Positions 24,166 through 35,278 of a stretch of 64,000 nucleotides of DNA are shown one piece after another. Both the position numbers and the translations under genes were made by a program. The notes under the pieces are model-generated. The model was not told the DNA's origin. It made no database searches and saw nothing but the letters and a program-made list of their open reading frames with translations. Source of the stretch: Octopus sinensis (lineage: Eukaryota); the NCBI RefSeq assembly GCF_006345805.1, contig NC_043021.1, positions 6,200,001 through 6,264,000 of the forward strand, written 5' to 3'. Every line of letters begins with the position of its first letter. Positions within the stretch are counted from its first letter, which is position 1.

Positions 24166-24553
24166 AATTCTTTTATTGGCCACAAGGGCTGACAAAAATT
24201 AATTATAACATAAAGGGGCAAAACACAGGAAGAAAGTTACAAATGGTTTTGTCCGTTTGTAAAATCCGAGTAAAAAGCAGTTTAACAACGAAAACCTCCC
24301 AATAGGGGGAGGCGCTTCAAAAGGATCCTGGTGGAAAAACCCATAAAAGCCATGGGAGCCTGGTCAAAAGAGGGGTAGAGAGCCCCTTTCTCCTTTTGTA
24401 ATACCTTTTTCTTACAGGTGTATCCTCAGAATGGCTCCTTTCATACTGGCCATTCTTGCGACATTTATCTACCTTTCAGTAAACTTGCTATCGGACAGCA
24501 CTTCCCTCTCTACTCTCATCTTCCTTTTCAAGTGAAACTTGAAAAAGTTGATG
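24166..24553 (-). mobile_element. Tx1/L1-type LINE 3' end (ORF2 C-terminus plus 3' UTR)
   Basis: GLINFFKFHLKRKMRVEREVLSDSKFTER*INVARMASM, then a 3' UTR ending cccttgtggccaataaaagaatt. (AAT)n on both flanks. Confidence 0.65.
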
Positions 24554-25345
24554 AGGCCTGACCTAATAATAATAATAATTTTCAAATGTAGAAATCCAAG
24601 TCCAAATCACACTCTGGGAGATAATCCCACATGTGACAGCAAATCATAAGAAATTTTACAGTAACACCTAAGTGTTCAATTGGTTAACCAACCTTGAGTA
24701 AAAGTTTCCTCAAATCTATAATTCTTTTAGGAACCAGTAATATCTATCATGAAACATCTACTTCCCCACTAAGAAGAAACAGCACTACAACATACAAATT
24801 AATTGATTTCCATATATTTATTTGATAGCACGTTACAAGCGTTGTGTGGGGGTGTGTTTGCAAATGCAAATCTTCGTGACACACATGTGACAAAAATGCA
24901 CACGAATTACTTGCAAAAAAAAAAACATATCAATAAGCAATAAAACAAAATGTGTTGTATGAAACACGACGATCTTTAATAACAATTCAATTCCGTATTT
25001 ATATTTGTTTATGATAAAATAAATGTTTCATTCTAAAAGTATATCGATTGTATGTAAAAGGTGCTCCAAGTTAATTACTAGGCTGCTTAGATATTATATA
25101 TATGTGTGTGGGAGCATATGTGTATGTATGTACGCATGTATTAATTATACATATGATAAATATATATATTGTATACTTAGTTTTGTGCATACTATATATA
25201 TATATTTGTATGTATGTATACATATGGAGAATGTACATGTATGTAAATATTTATGTATATTTAATAATTCTGTGTAGATAATATATATGCGCGTATGTAT
25301 ATATGGTTTGCACAAAATTAGCTATGCCTTCTATGTCTATATATA

Positions 25346-25391
<46 letters not shown>

Positions 25392-25505
25392 ACATATACA
25401 TATATATTTATACATATACATATATACATATACATATATATATACATATACATATATACATATACATATATATATATACATATACATATATACATATACT
25501 TATAC

Positions 25506-25573
<68 letters not shown>

Positions 25574-25908
25574 TATATATAGTACAGAAACAATTAAGGA
25601 CAAGATAAGTTTTTAAAATTCATTAAAAGACAAATTAATATTTGTTGATGAACATAAGTCTTCTTTTTTTTTTAACTTGTATTAGAAGTATTAGAACATC
25701 AATTTAGAATTTCATTGATGATGGGGAAAATTAAATGATGAGGTGGGATATTTTTTTTTTTGAAACAGATAACTTAAAGCTTTTAAAAATAAATTTCATT
25801 GTTAAAATGACGCTTTTGAAAAAAAAAATGATTTCATAATATTTGTTTGAAATGAGCTCTGCACTCAAATGTTATCTGCTCGGGGTTCTTGAGAGAGAAG
25901 TAAAATAG

Positions 25909-25993
25909 TTATATGTTGTCAAGAAGTTTGTCACTATCAATCATTTCGCTGAGTGACATCGTATCGTTCTCCAGATTAGGTTTCTTGAGAGAC
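25909..25993 (-). CDS. XRCC4: XRCC4 coding exon 10 (terminal)
   Basis: Acceptor ctgttatttcag|, encodes (R)SLKKPNLENDTMSLSEMIDSDKLLDNI*. The end resembles the conserved XRCC4 C-terminus (SPEDLFDEI). Ten-exon sum 948 nt = 315 aa + stop. Confidence 0.8.
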
Positions 25994-26213
25994 CTGAAAT
26001 AACAGAGAAATAGGAAAAAAAGATGAAAAGGAAACTATAACATGACCGAAATCCCCTGACGTTGACAGGGGCTTCAACGTCTTCTACAGAACATTTAATA
26101 TTTTTATTATTACAATATCTTAGGGTGGCGAGCTGGCAGAATCGTTAGCAGAATCGATAGTAGAACTGAGACTACGGATATTATCCAATCATCTCATTCT
26201 TAGTCTACCCTAC

Positions 26214-26594
26214 GGAGGCGCAATGGCCCAGTAGTTAGGGCAGCGGACTCACGGTCATAGGATCGCGATTTCGATTCCCAGACCGGGCGTTGTGAGTGTT
26301 TATTGAGCGAAAACACCTAAAGCTCCACGAGGCTCCGGCAGGGGATGGTGGTGATCCCTGCTGTACTCTTTCACCACAACTTTCTCTCACTCTTACTTCC
26401 TGTTTCTGTTGTACCTGTATTTCAAGGGGCCGGCCTTGTCACTCTCTGTGTCATGCTGAATATCCCCGAGAACTACGTTAAGGGTACACGTGTCTGTGGA
26501 GTGCTCAGCCACTTACACGTTAATTTCACGAGCAGGCTGTTCTGTTGATTGGATCAACCGGAACCCTCGTTGTTGTAACCGACGGAGTGTTTCC
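26214..26594 (+). mobile_element. SINE family B1
   Basis: Full-length copy. Confidence 0.9.
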
Positions 26595-26872
26595 TCCCCC
26601 TAAGTTATTGCCACATACATACACATATCTATACATATCAGTGGCATATGGTGGGTATAGCAAAGGTTTTCCATTAAGATTTGTGATTAAATTAATAAGT
26701 AAGGTTAATAGTCATAATGAATTTTCCATTTTCAATGGGTGTGCAGTGCACACCCAGAATATATACCCCTGATACATGTATGTATACAATATGTGTGTGT
26801 GTGTGTATGTATGTATGTATCTGTATATAATGAACTTCTGTACAATTTCTGCTCACCAAATTTGAAGATCAT

Positions 26873-27145
26873 CATCATTGTTTGACCGTGGTCGAGACAA
26901 TGGAATTTACCATGCTACGCCAGACTTCACGGTCCATCATGGCATTACGGAGGTCCTGTTGCTGGATGCCTGTATCCCTGGAGATTACATCAGGGTAGGA
27001 GAGTGTGCGCCCTCTGGTATTGCGAGTAGATGGCTTCCAGAGGAGAAGAGTAGAAATTGCCTCGTTTTCAGCTCTACAACAATGTCCAGCAAACTGGACT
27101 CTCCTACTTTTCACAAATTTGAAGAACAAGATATCGGTCAAGCCA
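26873..27145 (-). mobile_element. RTE-clade LINE 3' end
   Basis: RRVQFAGHCCR...LLLWKP...RGR...YPDVISRDTG...AMMDREVWR, followed by an (ATG)n tail. Confidence 0.8.
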
Positions 27146-27342
27146 ATGCTACAGTAGAAGTCATCTGCCTAAATTTCAACCAGATGGGATTGAACCTAAA
27201 ACCATGTGGTAGCAAAGCAAATTTCTAAACTAAATGGCTACATCTGTGTCCTGTTATTATTCAAAATTTTTTTTAAGAGACTTAAGAATTTCCCACTGAA
27301 AAAAAACCCCCAAAAAAACTGATGGTAGAAAGTGGTGTTTAC

Positions 27343-27474
27343 CGTTTTCTAGGCAATGAATTTCTTTTCGTTGTGGCTGTAGATGATGGATATGATACTG
27401 ATGATGACGTTGTTGTCGTTGTAGTTAAAACCTTTGCCCTCTTTTTATCTTTAAAATGTGTCTCCAGGTTTTGT
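27343..27474 (-). CDS. XRCC4: XRCC4 coding exon 9
   Basis: Very long pyrimidine tract ending tttctgcag|, encodes (R)QNLETHFKDKKRAKVLTTTTTTSSSVSYPSSTATTKRNSLPRK with basic NLS-like clusters. Donor CG|GTAAAC; 132 nt, phase 2-2. Confidence 0.75.
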
Positions 27475-29278
27475 CTGCAGAAATAAAAAAGAAACATAAA
27501 AAAGAAAACAAAAATAAAACTGGCGTCATAGAAACAAGCTTTGTAATTCTTCACAGTCTATATGTGTATGACTGTGAGAGAGTGTGAGTGTGTATATATA
27601 TATATCATCATCATCATCGTTTAGCCTCTGCTTTCCATGCTAGCATGGGTTGGACGGTTCAACTGGGGTCTGGGAAGCCAGGAGGCTGCACCAGGCCCAG
27701 TCTGATCTGGCAGTGTTTCTACGGCTGGATGCCCTTTCTAATGCCAACCACTCCATGAGTGTAGTGGGTGCTTTTTACGTGCCACCGGCACAGGTGCCAT
27801 ACGAGGCTGGCAAACGGCCACGATTAGATGGTGCTCTTTACGTGCCACCGGCACGGAGGCCAGGCGAGGCTGGCAACGGCTACGATCAGATATATATATA
27901 TATGTGTGAGTGTGTGTGGGAATGTGTGGGCATAAATACATATCTATGAACATATGTGATGGGGCATGCATATGCATCTATGTGCATGTGTGTGCACATG
28001 TGAATAAATGCGAATGAGTGCACATGTGTTTATGTGTGTGTATGTTTGAGTGTGTGCATGTGGGTGTTCAGTAAATTCATTGAGGGAAAATAACAATGCA
28101 GGTGATACATCATTTACAATACTGTGTAACAAATTTTGTTGTTTTTGCCTTTGGTCAGAAAGTGTTTTTTCCTATTTGGTTCTATCAAAAAATCAAAGGA
28201 AATGACTACTATTCCCTTCAGACTTTGCTTTTGTGACCTGGACATTGATGTTTTGAAACTGACCTATTTTCCATTACATTTCAGACAGATTCAGTGCTGA
28301 GTTGCTGAAGCAGAAATATCATTATAGAAAATATTCTGCTCAGTATCATGGATTTGCTTGTCATTTGCTTGACCATAACCACTTAAGCATGTCCCTTAGT
28401 GGATGACAATATGTGCATCTCTGATCATGAGCAGGAGTAGTGGAGGAGCATCATAGCCATGTGTTGAGAGGGATTCTTTGGGGTTTGAATAAATGCAACA
28501 AAAGTAAAGCTTGAAGGAAATATTAACCATTTTTCATGCTTTCTAGGGGAAAGCAAATAAGAAATAATAGTAGCTACCCAAGGGCAAAAATCATGTTACA
28601 CTGTTATTTAATTGTGAGCCAATACATTTGCAATAGATTCAATGTCATGTGAAGTACGTGAAAGGTGGATTTATTTGACAATTCTGTTGTACACACATAA
28701 AACATGGTGAGTCACAAAGTTCTCCATCGACAAGCTCTGAATGTTTGTAAACAAATGTCTCTGAAGCATCTTTCAGGTGAAACAGCTTGACAGAATAACA
28801 AATAAAGCCTTGTGGAAAAATGTACCCAGTAACCTATTGAAATCAGATCAAAAGGAGGAAATGTGGGTTGGTTGGAAAACTTGTTTCCAACATTACAAGG
28901 CAAGTCTGACGATGGACAGTACAGAAGCACGGCAGACCAAAAGCAACACGAAGCCCTTCCTCAGAAACTGAAGTGCTGGTAGACAGCTACATCTGGGGAC
29001 AACTGCAATCCACTGCTAAAGATCAAGATCAAGATGAAGATGAAGATATCATGTTGGCACCTTATGCTTCACATGGAATTAAAGGATTAAGAAGAAACAC
29101 ACAGCTAAACATTATTATATTGAAGCAGTGGATTAGTAGATTATTTGAGGATTGGACAAAATGCCTTGCAGTGTTTGTTCTGGCTCTATGTTCTATGTTG
29201 AAATCCTGTCTCTCTTTTATATCTTTCAGAATCAATAAAATAAAACATAACATCTAGTCATCATCATCATCATCATCA

Positions 29279-29634
29279 TCATTTAACATCCGCTTTCCAT
29301 GCTAGCATGGGTTGGACAATTTGACTGAGGACTGTCGAACCAGATGGCTGCACCAGGCTCCAATCTTGATCTGGCAGAGTTTCTACACCTGGATACGCTT
29401 CCTAATGCCAACCACTCCAAGAGTGTAGTGGGTGCTTTTATGTGGCAGACTGGCCCTCATGCTGGTGGCATGTAAAGGCACCCACTACACTCTCGGAGTG
29501 GTAGGTGTTAGGAAGGGCATCCAGCTGTAGAAACTCTGCCAGATCAAGATTAGAGCCTGGTGCAGCCATCTGGTTCGACAGTCCTCAGTCAAATTGTCCA
29601 ACACATGCTAGCATGGAAAGCGGACATTAAATGA
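29279..29634. repeat. Palindrome of two family D halves (162-bp arms, 32-nt spacer)
   Basis: Arms 29279-29440 and 29473-29634; about 12 mismatches by hand count. Confidence 0.9.
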
Positions 29635-29843
29635 AGACGACTAGTTGTTATTTATATTATGTACACTGTTTACATGAGTCGGACTGGTGTTCTCATCTTG
29701 ATTGTTACTATCGCAATGTTTTGGCTGTTGTATGCTTCTGCCTTCTTCAAGTGTCTTGTGTTGAACTTGGTTGTTGCATAGAAGTTTTGAACCTAATCCT
29801 TTATTTGATCTGGGCGGGGGGGGGGGGAGGCACTGTTCTTTAA

Positions 29844-30063
29844 CCCTTTAGCATTCAAACCGGCCATATCTGGCCAAAATATTTAACCTGTTTTATATTG
29901 AAACTGACCAGATCTTGCCTCTCACCTCAGCCCTACCATGTCATTCTAAAACTAAAAAATAGCATCACTGAAATCTCTAAACTACAAGATAATGCAGGAT
30001 TAATTCAAAACAATATAAATAAACAAAAATCACATTTGACAGAATAATCTGAACACTAAAGGG
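29844..30063. mobile_element. piggyBac-type MITE family 1 (220 bp)
   Basis: TTAA|CCCTTTAG...CTAAAGGG|TTAA. Further copies at about 31550-32200 (split by SINE A) and 22210-22400 (partial). Confidence 0.8.
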
Positions 30064-30101
30064 TTAATGATAGATCTTCTACAGCGGAGCTGATCTCAGT
30101 A

Positions 30102-30482
30102 TGGAAGCACTCCGTCGGTTACGGCGACGAGGGTTCCGGTTGATCCGATCAACGGAACAGCCTGCTTGTGAAATTAACGTGTAAGTGTCTGAGCACTCCA
30201 CAGACATGTGTACCCTTAACGTAGTTCTCGGGGATATTCAGCGTGACACAGAGAGTGACAAGGCCGGCCCTTTGAAATACAAGTACAACAGAAACAGGAA
30301 GTAAGAGTGAGAGAAAGTTGTGGTGAAAGAGTACAGCAGGGATCACCACCATCCCTGCTGGAGCCTCATGGAGCTTTGGGTGTTTTCACTCAATAAACAC
30401 TCGCAACGCCCGGTCTGGGAATCGAAACCGCGATCCTACGGCCGTGAGTCCGCTGCCCTAACCACTGGGCCATTGCGCCTCC
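30102..30482 (-). mobile_element. SINE family B1 with TSD
   Basis: GATCTCAGTA on both flanks. Confidence 0.92.
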
Positions 30483-30634
30483 GATCTCAGTATAAACAAT
30501 ATTAGTAACAATATCCTAAAGTGACATCACTGCACATGCAAGCCCTACATCCACCTACAACACTGCGCATATGTGCAGCGGATTACATGTTTGATACGAC
30601 TAAAAATAGGAAAAATAATAGAGAATATAATAAC

Positions 30635-30696
30635 CTGGATGTCAAACTGATTTCTTCGTCACTTGACTCATCAGAGAACATTGGCTTTGGTTTCGT
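30635..30696 (-). CDS. XRCC4: XRCC4 coding exon 8
   Basis: Acceptor tttttttctctttag|, encodes TKPKPMFSDESSDEEISLTS (acidic CK2-type motif like human YDESTDEES). Weaker donor AG|GTTATT; 62 nt. Confidence 0.68.
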
Positions 30697-30775
30697 CTAA
30701 AGAGAAAAAAATGAAGTGGACTTTGGTTTCAGGTAGAAATAATTATTTAAATGACTTGTTAGTCGTAAAAGATTG

Positions 30776-31199
30776 GGATCTTTTCGGTTTGAACGGCAGT
30801 TTTTTAAAATAATTTCCACATAACTAAACACTTTTAAACTTCGTATATTGGTAGAATGTGTTTATAAAACATCTTTTTCTCTTGGCTTTATTGAGAAAAT
30901 TCTATGGTTTGTAAGATATTTGTTGTTTTTTTTTCTTCAATTTCTGCAATTTCAACCAATCAATGATGTCTGTTGAGGTGAAAACATTCTGTGCCGTATG
31001 AATATGTCCCTCGTTTAAGAAACAGATTGGGTTTATTTACATTTCTGAAGAAAAAAAGATACCCTTCCCCCCACCCCTAATCCTAACCCTAACCCTAAAA
31101 TAGATTGAAATGCAATAGATCAATACTAGGGTCATAATTATGGGTGACAATTTCATATGACACCGCTAGAAAAAACTGCCGTTCAAACTGAAAAGGTCC
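30776..31199. mobile_element. Second copy of the GGATC-TIR MITE
   Basis: Same TIRs and interior as 2944-3370. TSD AAAGATTG on both sides. Confidence 0.85.
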
Positions 31200-31680
31200 A
31201 AAGATTGGTCATATTTGTATCATACTTGATATATTTTATCCATCCATCCATCTCTGCGCACAATTCTTTGGAGGGTTGTGGAGGGCTGAGTCCTCACATA
31301 CCTCCTCCATAGAGTCCTATTAGAAGCAACCAGTGTTAGACTTACTGGCTGGCTTGCCAAGCTCGACCAACTGAGACTAGGGATATTATCCAATCATTTC
31401 ATTCTTAGCCTACCCTACGTCTCCTGCTGATTTGTTTGGCTTGAAGAGTCTGCCTCGGGATTCTTTATAGTGACATTCTACTCATGTAGTACCGGAATTG
31501 TGATCTCTTAATATAAAGAAGTAGCAGCTTGACCTGTTGAGACTCTCTAACCCCTTTAGCATTTAAAACTGGCCATATCTGACCAGAATGTTATACTTGC
31601 TTTATGTTCAAACTGACCAGATTCAGCCTCTCACACCTACCCCAAAATGTCATTCTAAGAATATACAATCATATACAATA

Positions 31681-32100
31681 GGCGCAGGAGTGGCTGTGTG
31701 GTAAGTAGCTTGCTAACCAACCACATGGTTCCGGGTTCAGTCCCACTGCGTGGCATCTTGGGCAAGTGTCTTCTGCTGTAGCCCCGGGCTGACCAATGCC
31801 TTGTGAGTGGATTTGGTAGACAGAAACTGAAAGAAGCCTGTCGTATATATGTATATACATATATATATATATGTATGTGCGGGTGGGTTTGTGTGTCTCG
31901 TTTGTCCCCCTAGCATTGCTTGACAACCGATGCTGGTGTGTTTATGTCCCCGTTACTTAGTGGTTCGGCAAAAGAGACCGATAGAATAAGTACTGGGCTT
32001 ACAAAAAGAATAAGTCCCGGGGTCGAGTTGTTCGATTAAAGGCGGTGCTCCAGCATGGCCGCAGTCCAAATGACTGAAACAAGTAAAAGAGTAAAGAGTA
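31681..32100 (+). mobile_element. SINE family A nested in a piggyBac-type MITE
   Basis: The MITE halves resume on both sides of the insertion. Confidence 0.9.
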
Positions 32101-32507
32101 TATCTTTGTAATCTCAAAGCTACAAGATAATACCTGATTAATTCAAGACAACATGAATAAATAAGATTTACATTTGACAGAGTAGTCTGAATGCTAAAGG
32201 GCCACTCTCTGAGCTACACACCTTGTCCAGTAACAATACTCCACAGACCCTTTGGAGGAACCCTGTTTTTGTCACTTGTATTTATGATTCTACTCTTTGG
32301 TCGTTACCTAATATTCATTTACTACAGGTGAAGACAAGCATGAAAACTGAATCAAAGATAACAAGTTTGGCTTTTTTTTTACCAGTCCTTCCTCTTCTGA
32401 GGATCAGATGCTGGAAGTGATGCATTATGGTGCTAGCTACTACAATTCTAGCATCCAATTCAGCCACCTGCTTCTCATCCCTTGTGAATATGACCTCGAG
32501 ATATTTA

Positions 32508-32728
32508 CCCCTTTCATTACCAACCAGGCTGAAACCGGCTCTGGCTCTGAGTACAAATATCTTGTTTTCATAAGTTTTGAATTCAAATCTTCCACCAAAT
32601 CTTAGTTAAAATTTATGTTCCTAACACTAGCTTAATGATAACTAAGTTATTTTACTAAATTCTTTGTTATATTTAAAGTAATTGAAAGAAATATAGAGCA
32701 TCTCACAATAAATACAGTAATGAAAGAG
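32508..32728. mobile_element. piggyBac-type MITE family 2
   Basis: CCCCTTTCATTAC...GTAATGAAAGAG|TTAA. Homologous partial copies at 18747-18913 and about 18915-18990. Confidence 0.6.
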
Positions 32729-32763
32729 TTAAACTTATTTGGATGTTTTTTTCAATCACTTAC

Positions 32764-32791
32764 ATCAATTTGTGTTTCTTGTTCATATATA
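32764..32791 (-). CDS. XRCC4: XRCC4 coding exon 7 (28-nt microexon)
   Basis: Long pyrimidine tract ttctttttctttccag|, encodes (S)IYEQETQID, consensus donor |GTAAGT. It is needed to bridge the phase 2 end of exon 6 to the phase 0 start of exon 8. Confidence 0.7.
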
Positions 32792-33078
32792 CTGGAAAGA
32801 AAAGAATTTAAATATGATTAGTTTTTGACATTTTGTGAGAGGTAAGACAGTCATTCTTCCACTGACTGACAAAGATTCACACTTTGACATATGACAACTC
32901 TCATCCCACAAGCACACAACATTGCTCTCTCCACAGTTCTAGAGGGTCAAAGACGTTCCAACTATGGCCATCACATCATCCTCATCATTATCATTGTCGT
33001 TTAATGTCCAGTCTCCATGCTAGCATGGGTTGGATGGTTTGACGTGGAGCTGGCTACCAAGCATATATATATATATAT

Positions 33079-33202
33079 ATTTATTTTATAGAAGGAGCTT
33101 CTACAGGACTAGAACTGTTTCATTCAAAAGAAATAGCTTCCTGATGATTTCTTTTGAATGAAACAGTTCTAGTCCTGTAGAAGCTCCTTCTATAAAATAA
33201 AT
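33079..33202. repeat. Perfect inverted repeat with 56-bp arms and a 12-nt loop
   Basis: Arms 33079-33134 and 33147-33202 are exact reverse complements. Confidence 0.95.
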
Positions 33203-33307
33203 TAATTTACTCTGCTATGTATTGAGTACTTTATTTACTGTGGTTAACCCCGACTCAACCCGGGACCTACATATATATATATATATCTCCTTGTTTTTTT
33301 CTGTGTA

Positions 33308-33345
33308 TCTTTCTGTCAAAGAGCGTAGGCTCGAAACGTAAAAGA
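33308..33345 (+). ncRNA. Degenerate minimal hammerhead fold (Penelope-type)
   Basis: UCUUU-CUGUCAA-A-GAGC-GUAG-GCUC-GAAA-CGU-A-AAAGA. Stems intact; core has two substitutions. Confidence 0.5.
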
Positions 33346-33613
33346 CTTTTTCTATTTCTATTCCTGAGCGCCATACTAATATATTTGTTTGTTTGTACTC
33401 CACCTGCCTTCGTCATTTGTTTATTTTCATAAACTTTCCCTTTATATATATATATATACATACGTATATATATGTGTGTGTGTGTTAATACTGAACAATG
33501 GGAATGATTGCTCAACACCATATTGGTGGTTAAATATTCTTTATATGTGGGTTAATCAGGCTACCATGTTGAGAAAGAGACATCATTCAACAATTATTGA
33601 ACACCAAAGTCCC

Positions 33614-33615
<2 letters not shown>

Positions 33616-33700
<85 letters not shown>
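33616..33700. repeat. (GA)n microsatellite, about 42 units
   Basis: Directly visible; starts 6 nt into the intron after XRCC4 exon 6. Confidence 0.97.
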
Positions 33701-33702
<2 letters not shown>

Positions 33703-33706
33703 TTAC

Positions 33707-33791
33707 CTGCTGGAAGGAGAGGTTTCCATGTCTGAATCGACCTCTTCACACTCTTCAGACCTCTTCAAATCTTGGGATTCTAAATCTTTTA
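33707..33791 (-). CDS. XRCC4: XRCC4 coding exon 6
   Basis: Acceptor ttccttttcag|, encodes (V)KDLESQDLKRSEECEEVDSDMETSPSS, donor AG|GTAACA. 85 nt; phase-compatible. Confidence 0.78.
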
Positions 33792-34956
33792 CTGAAAAGG
33801 AAAACAATCTTGAGTTTTAGGATTTTTTTTTGAACATACACAGGTAGTAGACATGCACACTCAGGCCACTACAACCAACAGTGCCACCACAACCTGTGCT
33901 ATTCCATATCACTGGAATATAAACCCAACACTGCAACCATCACTTGGTACAAAGGATGTAAAGCCAGGTGTTTCATTCTAAACATAAAAAGACATATCTT
34001 ATTTCAGGCAATGAATTAGAAACAGAAAAAGTCAAATAATACAAATAGGCACAGGTGTGGCTATGTGGTAAGAAGCTTGCGAAACTTGAAGGCGGCGAGC
34101 TGGCAGAAACGCTAGCACGTCGGGCGAAATGCTTAGCGGTATTTCGTCTGCGTTACGTTGTGAGTTCAAATTCCGCCAAGGTCGACTTTGCCTTTCATCC
34201 TTTCGGGGTCGATAAATTAAGTACCAGTTATGCACTGGGGTCGATGTAATTGACTTAATACCTATGTCTGTCCTTGTTTGTCCCCTCTATGTTTAGCCCC
34301 ATGTGGGTAATAAAGAAATAGATAAGAAACTTGCTTCCCAACATGGTTCTGGGTTCAGTCCTACTGCATGGCACCTTGGGCAAGTATCTTTTACGAGAGC
34401 CTTGGGCCAACCAAAGCCTTGTGAGTGGATTTGGTAAACTAGAAGCTACTCGAATTTGTGTGTGTGCGTGTGTATATGTATGTGTGTGTGTGTGTGTGTC
34501 TTTGTGTCTGTGCTTGTCCCCTAGCTACTGCTTGACAACAGGTGTTGGTATGTTTAGGTCTCCATAACTTAGTGGTTCGGCAAAAAAGAATGATAGAATA
34601 AGTACTAGGTTTAAAAAGCAAGTCCTGGGGTCGATTTGCTTCACTAAAACCCTCCAAGGCAGAGCTCCAGTGTCAAATGACAGAAACTCGTAAAAAAGTA
34701 AAAGATGCATTCTACATCAACTACAAAAATGAAACAAAGTACATTGTAATACAGGATTTTGATAGTGATGGAAGGAGCAGCAGTGTTCTTGACCTTCCTA
34801 GTCCATTCTCCTCCTTCCAGGCAGATGAAAGAGGAGAAACTGGAAGTGGCCTGTCTTAATATTGGTAAGAAAACTGAGCAATGGCCTTTGAGCAGGCAGT
34901 GGTGGTGTTAAACATGATGGTGTACAATAGGTGCTTAGTCAAATATGTATTCTCAC

Positions 34957-35011
34957 CTTTTTCACGAAGTGTTGAAATTTCAGTCTTTTTGGAATTTAGA
35001 ACAACCAAGAA
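34957..35011 (-). CDS. XRCC4: XRCC4 coding exon 5 (Ligase IV-binding coiled coil)
   Basis: Acceptor attttgcag|, encodes FLVVLNSKKTEISTLREK (compare human FILVLNEKKTKIRSLH). Donor G|GTGAGA; 55 nt. Confidence 0.92.
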
Positions 35012-35278
35012 CTGCAAAATATACATTAGTTTATATAAATATAGAGAATATAAATGCATATACACACACACTAACCATATAGACATTCCATATATATATA
35101 TCTATCTAATTTTTTATACACATATAGATTACAGATAAAATTATGTCTAATGGTGTAATGTAATACATATGTATACAATGAGTGCTTTGACTTGAACTGC
35201 GACTAAAACAAAAGTGGTGTTGTAGCTGCCTAGCAATGGATGGCTATAAGTGGTTCATCCTTGAGCGGTAGATATATA

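Noticed and set aside
26214-26290. tRNA-Arg-like sequences at SINE B heads, and tRNA-like heads of SINEs A and C
   Set aside because: They continue into conserved SINE bodies with TSDs and have no proper acceptor stem or terminator, so they are not tRNA genes.
28700-29100. Coding-like stretch with an acidic DQDQDEDED run
   Set aside because: Stops in all frames, no usable splice phases for XRCC4, and no recognisable motif.
32373-32412. Possible extra XRCC4 exon (cttccag|CATCTGATCC...|GTAAAA)
   Set aside because: It gives a stop in phase 2 and incompatible phases otherwise. The model closes without it.
33135-33172. CTGATGA...GAAAC as another hammerhead
   Set aside because: Stem II lacks the closing pair, and no stem I or stem III pairing could be formed. 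It is part of the palindrome.
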